Source of the DNA: an uncultured bacterium
Lineage (GTDB): Bacteria > Verrucomicrobiota > Verrucomicrobiia > Limisphaerales > UBA8199
Direction of reading: 5' to 3'
Length of the DNA stretch: 64,000 nt
Assembly: GCA_963749495.1 (NCBI GenBank)
Contig: CAVVMW010000021.1
Span: 224,001 to 288,000, forward strand
The translations under genes were made by a program, and so were the position numbers. Of this stretch, positions 31,633-41,130 are shown piece after piece (positions within the stretch are counted from its first letter, which is position 1; each line of letters begins with the position of its first letter). The notes under the pieces are model-generated. The model was not told the origin of the DNA. It did not search any database and was given only the letters and a program-made list of their open reading frames with translations.

Positions 31633-32133
31633 ATGAAAGAGGAAGAAGCCTCACACACCAGCTCCGGCACCTCACCGTCTCCAGGGGTGACCCGGCGCGA
31701 TTTTCTACAAAAGGCGACCAAGGCCATTGTCGGGGGCGGGGTCCTAATCGGGACCCTCCTCAGCCCGAGGCAAGCTAAGGCGTGCGACAATGACAACTGC
31801 GCTGTATCAAACACGTGCGCCTCGGCCAACACATGTACCTCGTTGGACACCTGCATCGCCCCAAGTGGCCACTATGCATGGAACACCTGCAGCCAGGGCA
31901 ACAACTGCTCCCCGGGTTTTGACCAATGCGGGGATGACCTTAATCCGTCCTCGACAAATGAATGCACCCAAGTCAACCAGTGCGCAAATGACCTTTGCTA
32001 TAGTATGGACACCTGCGGCAGCGACACCTGTACCGATGACCACACCTGCTCTGGTACGAACACTTGCGGGAGCGACTCCTGTTCGAAAGCCGCGAACACC
32101 TGCAGCCACGCCCATACCTCCTTCTTCCTATGA
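31633..32133 (+). CDS. Tat-signal Cys-rich repeat protein, putative radical-SAM substrate (RiPP-like precursor)
   Basis: TRRDFLQK, hydrophobic stretch, AKA; 116-aa mature region with 17 Cys; ATGA overlap with the next gene. Confidence 0.8.
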   Translation: MKEEEASHTSSGTSPSPGVTRRDFLQKATKAIVGGGVLIGTLLSPRQAKACDNDNCAVSNTCASANTCTSLDTCIAPSGHYAWNTCSQGNNCSPGFDQCGDDLNPSSTNECTQVNQCANDLCYSMDTCGSDTCTDDHTCSGTNTCGSDSCSKAANTCSHAHTSFFL

Positions 32134-33674
32134 CACCCCGCAGCCGCCTCCCACCTAGAGCTGCGGCGGTGGTTCGCTTGCGCGGGGAGCGCTGTCTGAT
32201 AGCGTCGGCGGCGCCCCCGTTTCAGAGCGCCCATTGGCCCTCCGCGAGGAAGCTGGTCTCAGAGCTCGGCCTGCCGGCTGAGATGGCCGCGGAACTCCAC
32301 AAGTGCACAGTGGTCCAGTCCCGAGTGCTGAGCGCGTTAGGGAATTGCGGATCGCCCTGGCCCGTCGCCCTCCCGCAGGCGGAGGGCTTCGACCCGGGTC
32401 TCGAGGAGGTTCGCAGACGAGAGCAACTGCGTAGCACTCGGCGGGGCGTGAGATTCCTGGGGCGCTGTTCCAGGGAGGTCACCCTGGGTGCCCTGGAATT
32501 GCTGGCGCATGGGATTGCCAGCCAGGGGCATGTCGAGGTGACCTTCAAGCTGTGGGAGCTCCTGGCGGATTGGGGTTGCGGGAGGGAGTTGATCCGGGAC
32601 GTCTGCTCCTACTTGTTCCAAACGCGGCGGTTCGGCTGCAACGTCACAGCGTTCTCCGAGTTGGCCGAGATCCCCGCCGGGCTCTGGGAATTCGTGTACG
32701 AGCGGCCGCGTGTCCGCATTGCCTGGGTGGCGGCGGATCTGGCGGCGTTCCGGGACATGCGCGATTTTGACGAGTGGCGCGAGACGAGCGTTGCCTTCAG
32801 CAACTTGCAGGAGTTGGGCAGCGAGGGGCTGTGGCCGCTGGTTGTGCTCCCGGCTTCGAAGGCAAACGTCAGGCTGCTTCCCGGCCTGGCCTTGACCCTG
32901 GTGGAAGCCGCCCGCGGCGCGGCCATTGAGATCGAGCCGCTGCCGCATGTTGACCCGACCGCGCGGCCGGCACCGCGTGTGCCCTCCGAGGAGGGCGCAG
33001 GCGGGACCATCGAAGGCCCCGCGCGCCACCAACCGCCGGGCGTGGCAGAGTATGTCGAGGCGCTGCTGGCCATTTACCCGGACCGGCGAATCCCACTGCG
33101 GCTGCTCTGGCCGCTGTCGTGGGTGGCAGAGCGCATCGAGTCCGAGCAGATCATGGCCAGCTCGTTGGGGGCGGCTGGAGCGGAGGTCGCGGTCACGCCG
33201 GACGGGAATCTGTACGCCGGGGAAGGGGCCGCTGGGATCGAGGATTGGCGGCTGGGCAACGTGCTCGAGGAGAGCGGTCACGTACGATGGGAGCGGCTCA
33301 ACATGATGGCAGAGGGGTTTCCCGGCTCCGCCGCGCGGGAGCGTTGCGGGGGTTGCGATTGGCGCTGGCGGTGCGGCGGGGTGGACGCGAGTGTGCTGCT
33401 GATGGCAGAGGCCGCGCACTACGAGGCGGACGGGCAACCGGACCCGCCTTTCGTGGATCTTTACTGCGAGCCGCGGAGGCAGCTTTTCGAGGAGATGCTC
33501 TGGGGGGCGGCCGAGGTGGCCGAGAGGCCCGAGGCTCCCGGCGCCCGGGAGCGAATCCAGTTGCGCCAGGATGGGATTGATTTCCTGCCGGTGGCTGGGG
33601 CGGAAGGCTCGAATGACAGCGGCGCGGAGCCCGTGCCCGGAGCGCCGTCGCTGGCGGGAGGGTGGAACAAATGA
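32130..33674 (+). CDS. Degenerate radical-SAM/SPASM-like protein lacking CX3CX2C
   Basis: SPASM-like AVTPDGNLYAGE...LGNV...CGGCDWRWRCGG...YC; no SAM-cluster motif. Confidence 0.7.
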   Translation: MTPRSRLPPRAAAVVRLRGERCLIASAAPPFQSAHWPSARKLVSELGLPAEMAAELHKCTVVQSRVLSALGNCGSPWPVALPQAEGFDPGLEEVRRREQLRSTRRGVRFLGRCSREVTLGALELLAHGIASQGHVEVTFKLWELLADWGCGRELIRDVCSYLFQTRRFGCNVTAFSELAEIPAGLWEFVYERPRVRIAWVAADLAAFRDMRDFDEWRETSVAFSNLQELGSEGLWPLVVLPASKANVRLLPGLALTLVEAARGAAIEIEPLPHVDPTARPAPRVPSEEGAGGTIEGPARHQPPGVAEYVEALLAIYPDRRIPLRLLWPLSWVAERIESEQIMASSLGAAGAEVAVTPDGNLYAGEGAAGIEDWRLGNVLEESGHVRWERLNMMAEGFPGSAARERCGGCDWRWRCGGVDASVLLMAEAAHYEADGQPDPPFVDLYCEPRRQLFEEMLWGAAEVAERPEAPGARERIQLRQDGIDFLPVAGAEGSNDSGAEPVPGAPSLAGGWNK

Positions 33675-34894
33675 ATGCCTTGGTAGCGCCCGCAAGACAG
33701 GACCGAGGGACGGTAGCCACGCCGGAGCGGCCTGCTCCCAAGCTGCCGTGGTCCCAAATCTATGAGAGCCTGCCCGCGGTGCGGAGTGTGCACAGCCTGG
33801 ATCTCGACGTAACCGAGGCGTGCAACCTGGCCTGCATCTACTGTTTCAAATGGCGAAAGCAGCCGGTCCACATGGACGAGGCCACAGCCAAGAATGCCAT
33901 CAACTGGCTCCTGGAGGCCAGCGGCGGCTTCACCGGCGAAGTCAAGGTGAATTTCATGGGTGGCGAGCCGCTCCTGCGCTTCGACCTCATCAAGCAGATT
34001 GTGCCTTACGGCAAGATGCGCGCGCGGCAGAGGGGGCAGAATCTGCACTTCGGTTGCACAACCAACTGCACACACCTTACGGACGAGATGATGAGCTTCT
34101 GGCGCCGCTTCGGCATGGGCTTTCACTGCTCGATCAACGGCATTCCGGAGGTCCAGAACGCCAACAGGCCGATGCTAGGCGGCGGGCCGAGCGCCCCGGC
34201 GGTCGAGAAAAACGTGCCGAAGATCCTGGCCTACCGCCCAAACGTGATGGCGCGGGCAACCGTTTCCCCCAAGTCTGTGCGTGCCCTCTCCGCAAGCGCC
34301 AAGTACCTCGCAGGTCTTGGGTTCCGCTCGATGACCTTCAAGGCGGCGGTCAATTGTGACTGGAAACCGGAGGATTTCGATGCCTTGCGTTCCCAGTACG
34401 AGAAGCTGGGGGAGTTTTATATCAACGCGTTGCTATCGGGAAAGCAGACCACGGTCGAGGACTTTCGAGGGGGTCTGCTGGCCATTCACTCCCTGGAGGC
34501 CAAGGCTCGTTTCCCCTGCGGAGCGGGCAGGGGTGTTGTCCTGGTGGACCCGCGCGGTGACGTGTGGCCCTGCCATCGTTTCGGCCCCCACCAGTGCGGG
34601 GGCCAGTTCCGTTTTTGCAAGCTCGGCGAGCCGTTCAGCGACCGCCTGCGCGCCGTGTTCCTGCGCTACAACGTGCTGGAAGACGCGCTCACCGACTGCC
34701 GGAGTTGCCCCGCTGTCTTGGCCTGCAGAAGTTGGTGCTACGCTGAGTGTGTTGATTGCACTCAGACCTTTTATGACCCCGGCAAAGAGTACTGCCAGGC
34801 GATCAAGATTGTTTACGCCGAGGTCCTGCGCGTCCATGATACCCTCAGGTCCCGCCACGCGGAGATCCTGCAACGCATCCTCAAGGAGCCATGA
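33671..34894 (+). CDS. Radical SAM/SPASM peptide maturase
   Basis: CNLACIYC, FMGGEPLL, TTN, CGAG...DPRGDVWPCHRF, CRSC-x5-C-x3-C...YC. Confidence 0.93.
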   Translation: MNALVAPARQDRGTVATPERPAPKLPWSQIYESLPAVRSVHSLDLDVTEACNLACIYCFKWRKQPVHMDEATAKNAINWLLEASGGFTGEVKVNFMGGEPLLRFDLIKQIVPYGKMRARQRGQNLHFGCTTNCTHLTDEMMSFWRRFGMGFHCSINGIPEVQNANRPMLGGGPSAPAVEKNVPKILAYRPNVMARATVSPKSVRALSASAKYLAGLGFRSMTFKAAVNCDWKPEDFDALRSQYEKLGEFYINALLSGKQTTVEDFRGGLLAIHSLEAKARFPCGAGRGVVLVDPRGDVWPCHRFGPHQCGGQFRFCKLGEPFSDRLRAVFLRYNVLEDALTDCRSCPAVLACRSWCYAECVDCTQTFYDPGKEYCQAIKIVYAEVLRVHDTLRSRHAEILQRILKEP

Positions 34895-36675
34895 AATCCC
34901 GATTGGCATGGCTGGCAGACCCCGAGTATGCGGACTCCTACTCGGCGCGGGAGACCCGGGTGCTGCTGCGGGCCATCGCCCGCCAGGGAGACATCGTGCC
35001 GCTCTGGTTCGCCGTCGGCTCAGCGGAGCCGCCGCACCATTGGGACGGCATCCGCGTGTTTCCTGTGCCGCCGGAAAGCCTGGAGTCCCCCGACTTCCTC
35101 CGCACGCTCATTGCACAGCAGCGCCCGCATCTCCTCCTGTGGGATATCCCACGCTCGGCCTTCCCGGCGGGCTTCGACTACCTGGGGCAGAACGGCGCAA
35201 ATTGGATTCACCGCGTGAGCCCCGATGATGTTTCGACGGGCGCTGCGTTCCTTGCGCCGCTGGTGCTCTGCGGCGCAGGCCCTGCCCAGCCCCGTTCCGA
35301 CCAACTGTGCGCTTTGCCCTATCTGCGCGGCCTTGACCCCGCGGTGAGGGACGGTGCCGACCCAAGCACCGTCTTGGAGTTGGTCCAAGAGGCCATCGCC
35401 GACCGCCTCTCATCGGGGGCTTCGGCGGCGCCGGAAAGCCGCGCCGGGGCGATGCCGGGGCCATGCCACGTGGTGATGCGCCAGCCGTTGTTCAGCAATT
35501 CCAGTGTCGCCCACGTCATGTTCGAGCTTACGAACGCATTGATCGAGATCGGGGTTCCGACCGTGCCCCAGGATGAGCAGGCGATGCTTTCGCGCAGCTA
35601 CATCCACCGCGAAGAGGACCTTTTCCGCGCCGGAGCGCCCGAGAAGTACCGAGGATCGCCGGGTGCATCAACCGGGCCTACGATCCCGAAACCGCGGTCA
35701 CCGTGCATTTCTCCATGCTCAAGGCCGGCGCGAGGTGCTCGTGCTTCGGGACCTTCCCGGCCCTGACCCCACGCGAGGTCATTTACACGACCGGAAATCA
35801 CACCGTGACACCCAAATGGACTGCGCCCTCTCACGACCGCCTTCGAGAAGATCCTCGCGCCTTCGACCCACGTCCTCATGCCATACCTTGACGCCGGCTT
35901 GAACCCGGCCTGCGGCGCTGTCATCCCGCACGGGATCAACCCGGCGATTTTCACGCCCGAGGCGTCCCCGCTCGCCTACCCTACGAAGAAGGGTTTCAAA
36001 TTCCTCCAGACGAGTTTTCCCTGGATTAACGAGAAGGGCCTTGATCTGACCGTTCAGTCGTTTTGCCGTGCGTTCACCAGCCGGGACGACGTGGCCCTTG
36101 TCCTCAGGACTCCAGCCATTCGCGACCCCGGGGAGCGCAGCCGCACTTTCGGCCAACTTGGAGCCCTGGTGAGCCAGGAAACAGCCAAGCCCGGCGCCCC
36201 GGAGGTCCTGCTCATCGAGCGGGACATTGAGATCAACCGCCGCGCCGGGATCTATACCGGGGCCGATTGTTATGTCTTCCCGTTGCGAGCGGAGGGGTTC
36301 GGGATGACCATTCTCGAGGCTATGGCCTGCGGGCTGCCGGTCATAGCAACCCCCTGGAGCGGGCCGGCTGATTTTCTGTCGCCGCGCTACAATTATACGT
36401 TGCGCCATTCCAACCCCATCCCGGAGCGGGCGAGAGACGGTACCCTCCTGCGCTATCATGTGCAACCCGACTTGGACCATCTCGTCCATCTCATGCGCTA
36501 CGTGTATGAACACCGGGACGAGGCCAAGGCGCTGGGGCGGCGGGCAAGCTGGGTAGCCCGCCGTGATTGGACATGGAGGGCTGCCGCCTTCAAACTGGCG
36601 ACGGTCCTCGGGCTCTCGGTCCCAGCCTGCGCTGCACGGACCTCGACAGCAAGCGCATTGGAGGGCGGGGAATAG
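34891..36675 (+). CDS. GT4 glycosyltransferase with N-terminal extension, two frameshifts (about 35650 and 35820)
   Basis: ILAPSTH, IPHGINP, EKGLD, ADCYVFPLRAEGFGMTILEAMACGLPVI, WTW. Confidence 0.82.
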
Positions 36676-36793
36676 TGCCTTACGCGCAGGTCAAAGCGGT
36701 GCCGCAGCTTCTCACCGACCGAGATCCGGCTTCGGCTGCAACCCAAGCTGCCGTATCAACGCTGCGGGGTTGAGGCGAGGCGACTGATCCGGT

Positions 36794-37974
36794 ATGATCT
36801 ACGTGAATCTGCCGTTTGGCTCAGCCCATGGGTGGGGAGTCCTCGGCAAATGCGTCACCCGCGAACTCGCCCGCATGGAGCCTCTGCGGATCATCACCGA
36901 ACCCTTCTCCATGAGCGCCATCGGCGATGCCCTCGAGTTCTACGAGATCCAAAGTCTCTTGTTGCATCCTGCCGAGGCGGCGGTGCTCCCGGCAAGCGAC
37001 GGCCCCTGCCTCCTCGATGGTCCGCTCCTCCAAGGAATTGGCGATGAGCGGCTCCTCCCAAGGCGCCTGGACATTCGGGCAAAGAACACCATCGGCTACA
37101 CCTTCTTCGAATACGACATGCTGAAACCCGAGTGGATCGAGAACGGCCGGCGATACTTCAGCCGTGTCGCCACCGGCTCCAGGTGGTGCACACGAATCCT
37201 CATAGAAGCTGGGTTAGGCAAGGTGGTCACTGTCGTGCAGGGCATCGACCCGCTGGTCTTTCACCCCATTGCCAAGGAGCGCGGGAGGGAGTTCTTCGGA
37301 GACAGGTTCGTGGTCTTCTCCGGCGGCAAGTTCGAATTCCGCAAAGGCCAGGATGTCGCGATTCGCGCCTACAAAGTCCTGCAGGATCGCCATGCTGATG
37401 TGATGCTCGTCAATGTCTGGTTCAATCCCTGGCCGGCTATCTTCGAAACCATGCGAGCCTCATCGCTGATCCGTTTCTGCCCACGAGGGAGAAACGTACG
37501 ACCAGGCGATCCAGAGCGTGCTGGCTGACAATGGGCTTGATCTGAGGCGTGTCATCACTTGTCCCCAGCAGACTCAACCTCGCCATGGCACGCACCTATC
37601 ACAACAGCGACGTAGGCCTTTTCCCAAATCGCTGCGAGGGGGGCACCAACTTGGTGCTGATGGAATACATGGCCTGCGGCAAGCCGGTCGTGGCGGTCAG
37701 CACGACCGGCCATGCGGACATCGTCAATTCCTCCAACGCGCTGGTCATTGGCACGAAGGGCGAAACGACGATCACCGATGAACAGGGCGTGCCGGTGGCT
37801 CGGTGGCCCGAACCGGATCTGGACGATGCAATCGATAAGCTGGAATGGGCTTACCAAAACCGGGACAAGCTGCGCGAATTAGGCGACCGGGCCGGCGCGG
37901 ACCTCGGCCAGCGGACTTGGCGCAAAACAGCGGAGGCCTTCCAGAGAATAATCCATGAGACCGCCGGGGTCTGA
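36794..37974 (+). CDS. GT4 glycosyltransferase, two frameshifts (about 37490 and 37570)
   Basis: GYTFFE, QGIDP, GKFEFRKGQD, FPNRCEGGTNLVLMEYMACGKPV. Confidence 0.82.
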
Positions 37975-38228
37975 ATGCTGCTCCGAGGCGGGCCGAGGGT
38001 CGGGGGCCGAGGGGCGAGGCACGCTTACACGGGCCTCCGCTCCGCGCTAGCGTTTTGGACTGCGCTCCCGATGCATCGGGAGCGCTTTTGGGACCCTGGG
38101 GACGCGAAAGCGCCTGAGAAGTGGCGCAGTCCAAAACCATGCGGCCTTTGGGCCGATTTGTGAAGGGCGTGGGTTTGCAAGAAACAGGTTGCTGCCGGGC
38201 GGCCTTTGGCATATTGTTGCGGCGACCT

Positions 38229-38305
38229 GCGCGAGTAGCTCAATTGGATAGAGCGTCGGCCTCCGGAGCCGAAGGTTGCGGGTTCGACCCCCGCCTCGCG
38301 TACCA
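38229..38305 (+). tRNA. tRNA-Arg (CCG)
   Basis: GCGCGAG acceptor stem, anticodon arm tcggc-ctCCGga-gccga, GGTTCGA, CCA end. Confidence 0.95.
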
Positions 38306-38409
38306 CCTTGCCCCCATTTTGCTATACATTGCCCCTCGCCCCCCATAAAATCCCGGCACTTGACGACGACGATCCGACAACGAACTGAATAGCCAATCCA
38401 GTCAATCGT

Positions 38410-39591
38410 ATGCGCACACTCCCGATCTTTCTCGCCTTTTTCCTCATGGGGCTTGCCGACGCCATGGGCCCGAATTCCGACGCGGTGAAGGGTTTCTATG
38501 ACCTGGACAACGTGAGCTCCACGTTGCTCTCGTTCGTCGTGTTCATCGCGTTCGCGGTCTTCAGTGTGCCCGGCGGCGTGTTGGCCGCGCGCATCGGCAA
38601 GAAGAAGCTGCTGCTCCTGGGACTGGGCCTCAACGCGGCGGCGTTGGTAATCCCCTCAGTCACGGTCCCGAGTTTCGAGGTTCTGCTGGGCTGCATCTTT
38701 GTCCTGGGAATGGGGACGACCTTCCTCCAGGTCGCCGGCAATCCCATCATGCGCGATGTCAGCCCCGAAGGCCGATACAGCCGCAACCTCGCCTTTGCCC
38801 AGGGTGTCAAGGGCGTCGGCAGCACCGCCTCGACCTTCCTGGTCACCGCCATCAGCGGCTGGGTCTTGTTCAAGAGCATGGATTGGCGCGCGGCCTTTCC
38901 GCTCTTCTGCGTGCTCATGACTCTGGCCTTCGTGTCCGTGGCCTTCTTGAACGTGAAGGAAACCAAGGTTGACGAACCGCCCAGCATCGGCTCCAGCCTT
39001 GGCCTGCTCAAGGAGCCTATCTTCCTCATGGCGGTGCTGGGCATCTTCCTTTATGTCGGCGCCGAGTCTTCGATGGGACGGTTCTTGAAGCCGACCCTGA
39101 TGGATTTTGGGCTGGACAAGCAGACCGCCAACACACTGGGCCCCACGCTGTTTTTTGCCCTGCTCGCCCTTGGCCGCATCCTGGGCGGCGCGCTGCTCAC
39201 AATCATGACTCCTCGGACCTGCTTCCGCCTTTCCGCCTTCCTGGGCCTGCTCGGCGCCGCCGCGATGATGGCCGGCTCAAAACCCCTGGCCTTCGCAGGC
39301 ATCGTCGCCGCGGGGTTGGGCTTCGCCAGCATCTGGCCCATGCTCTTCTCCATCACCGTCGAGGAACGGCCCAAGTGCGCCAACGAGTTGAGCGGTCTCA
39401 TGTGCATGGCTATCTCCGGCGGCGCCCTGGTGCCACTGCTCATGGGGTGGTTGATGGATCGGAAAATCGGCGCCGTGTCCTTCGCCGTCCCCACCGCCTG
39501 CTTCGCCTACATCTTCCTGCTCTCGCTCAAGGGTGGCGGCAAGCCCGCAACCCCTGCTCCCCAACAACGCCCGGAGGCGGCCAAGGCCTGA
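38410..39591 (+). CDS. MFS sugar transporter (FucP/glucose-mannose permease-like)
   Basis: LQVAGNP, GIFLYVGAE, multiple TM segments. Confidence 0.85.
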   Translation: MRTLPIFLAFFLMGLADAMGPNSDAVKGFYDLDNVSSTLLSFVVFIAFAVFSVPGGVLAARIGKKKLLLLGLGLNAAALVIPSVTVPSFEVLLGCIFVLGMGTTFLQVAGNPIMRDVSPEGRYSRNLAFAQGVKGVGSTASTFLVTAISGWVLFKSMDWRAAFPLFCVLMTLAFVSVAFLNVKETKVDEPPSIGSSLGLLKEPIFLMAVLGIFLYVGAESSMGRFLKPTLMDFGLDKQTANTLGPTLFFALLALGRILGGALLTIMTPRTCFRLSAFLGLLGAAAMMAGSKPLAFAGIVAAGLGFASIWPMLFSITVEERPKCANELSGLMCMAISGGALVPLLMGWLMDRKIGAVSFAVPTACFAYIFLLSLKGGGKPATPAPQQRPEAAKA

Positions 39592-39734
39592 GCCCCTGAC
39601 CAGACCCTGTTGCACGAGCCCGCTGAAATGAAACCTCTGTCGCAACCTTTGTCGCGGCCTTTGTCGGATTGGGCATTCGTCGACAGAGGTTGCGACAGAG
39701 GTTGCGACAAAGGTTCGTCGAACAAACTACTCCT

Positions 39735-40902
39735 ATGACCCCGCGCACCGATCCCCGCATCGTCATGACCCTCGACGCCGGCGGAACCAACTTCCGCTTC
39801 TCTGCCATTCGCGGCAACCGCCCCGTGACCGAGACCGTCACCATGCCTTCCAACGGCGACAACCTCGACCTCTGCCTGGCCAACATCGTCGAGGGATTCT
39901 CCCGCATCAGCCGGGCCTGTCCCCAACCCCCGGCCGCCATCAGCTTCGCCTTCCCCGGGCCGGCCGATTACCCCAACGGCATCATCGGCGACCTGGGCAA
40001 CCTGCCCGGCTTCCGTGGCGGCGTCGCCCTGGGGCCGATGCTCCAAAAGAACTTCGGCATCCCCGTCTTCCTCAACAACGACGGCGACCTCTTCGTCTTG
40101 GGCGAGGCCATCGCCGGTTTTCTGCCTTACGTCAACGACCTCCTCAAGAAGGCCGGCAGCCCCAAGCGCTACAAGAACCTCTTTGGCGTCACCCTCGGCA
40201 CCGGCTTCGGCGGCGGCATCGTCCGCGACGGCCAGATCTTTCTCGGGGACAACTCGATGGCCGGCGAAGTCTGGCTGCTCCGCAACAAGCTCGACCCGCA
40301 AATGAACGCCGAGGAAGGCGCCAGCATTCGCGCCGTCCGCCGCGCTTATGCCGCCAAGGCCGGTCTCCCTTTCGAGCAGGCCCCCGAGCCGAGAGTCATT
40401 TACGAGATTGGCCTGGGCAAGCAACCGGGCAACCAGGCGGCTGCGATCGAGGCCTTCCGCAGGCTCGGCGAGGTCGTGGGCGACGCCATGGCCCAGGCGC
40501 TCACCCTGGTGGACGGCCTGGCCGTAGTTGGCGGCGGCATCTCGGGCTCCGCCTCCCTGTTCCTGCCCGCGCTGGTCGAGGAACTCAACGGCGCCTATAT
40601 TGCCCCCAACGGCAGACTCCTTCCGCCGCCTTGTCCAGGTCGCTTTCAACCTCGAGGACCCCGCCCAACGCAGGAAGTTCCTCGCAGGCCAGACGCGCCA
40701 AATCACCGTGCCCGGCGCCAAACGCAAGATGAAATACGACCCCCTGGCCCGCATCGGCGTCGGCCTTTCCCGCCTCGGCACCAGCGAGGCCGTTGCCATC
40801 GGCGCCTGCGCCTTCGCGCTCCAGAAGCTGGAATCATTGACGCCTGGAAGTCGTGGCACGCCAGTCAGAGGGTTATCACCTGGCGGTTCACCTTCACCTT
40901 GA
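39735..40902 (+). CDS. ROK family sugar kinase, frameshift near 40615
   Basis: LDAGGTN, NNDGD, TLGTGFGGG, AGE, GGGIS. Confidence 0.85.
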
Positions 40903-41068
40903 ATCGACGCTCGACCTCAGGTTGGACATCCAGCCACTCGCGGATCGCCTCGCGAATATTGGCCAGTGCTTCCTCGCGTGTCGCCCCTTGCGAGCAGCAC
41001 CCTGGCAGGTCGTCGCACCACACCGCGACTCCTTCCGCCGATTCCACAAGCGTAATGTGGTAGTCCAT
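40865..41068 (-). CDS. HicB-family antitoxin (no adjacent hicA)
   Basis: LPGCCSQGATREEALANIREAI. Confidence 0.85.
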   Translation of the reverse strand: MDYHITLVESAEGVAVWCDDLPGCCSQGATREEALANIREAIREWLDVQPEVERRFKVKVNRQVITL

Positions 41069-41130
41069 GTTTCAAGCCTAGACGGAAACTCTTTGCCTGA
41101 CAACCCGTTTCCCGCTACAACCCCTCGAGT

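Noticed and set aside
31770..31790. Precursor as a Tat lipoprotein
   Set aside because: A-K-A-C after a polar PRQ stretch does not fit the lipobox; SPase I cleavage is more likely, though not excluded.
38229..38305. tRNA-Arg as attachment site for the RiPP locus
   Set aside because: The cluster lies on the tRNA 5' side; no duplicated tRNA end or integrase seen.
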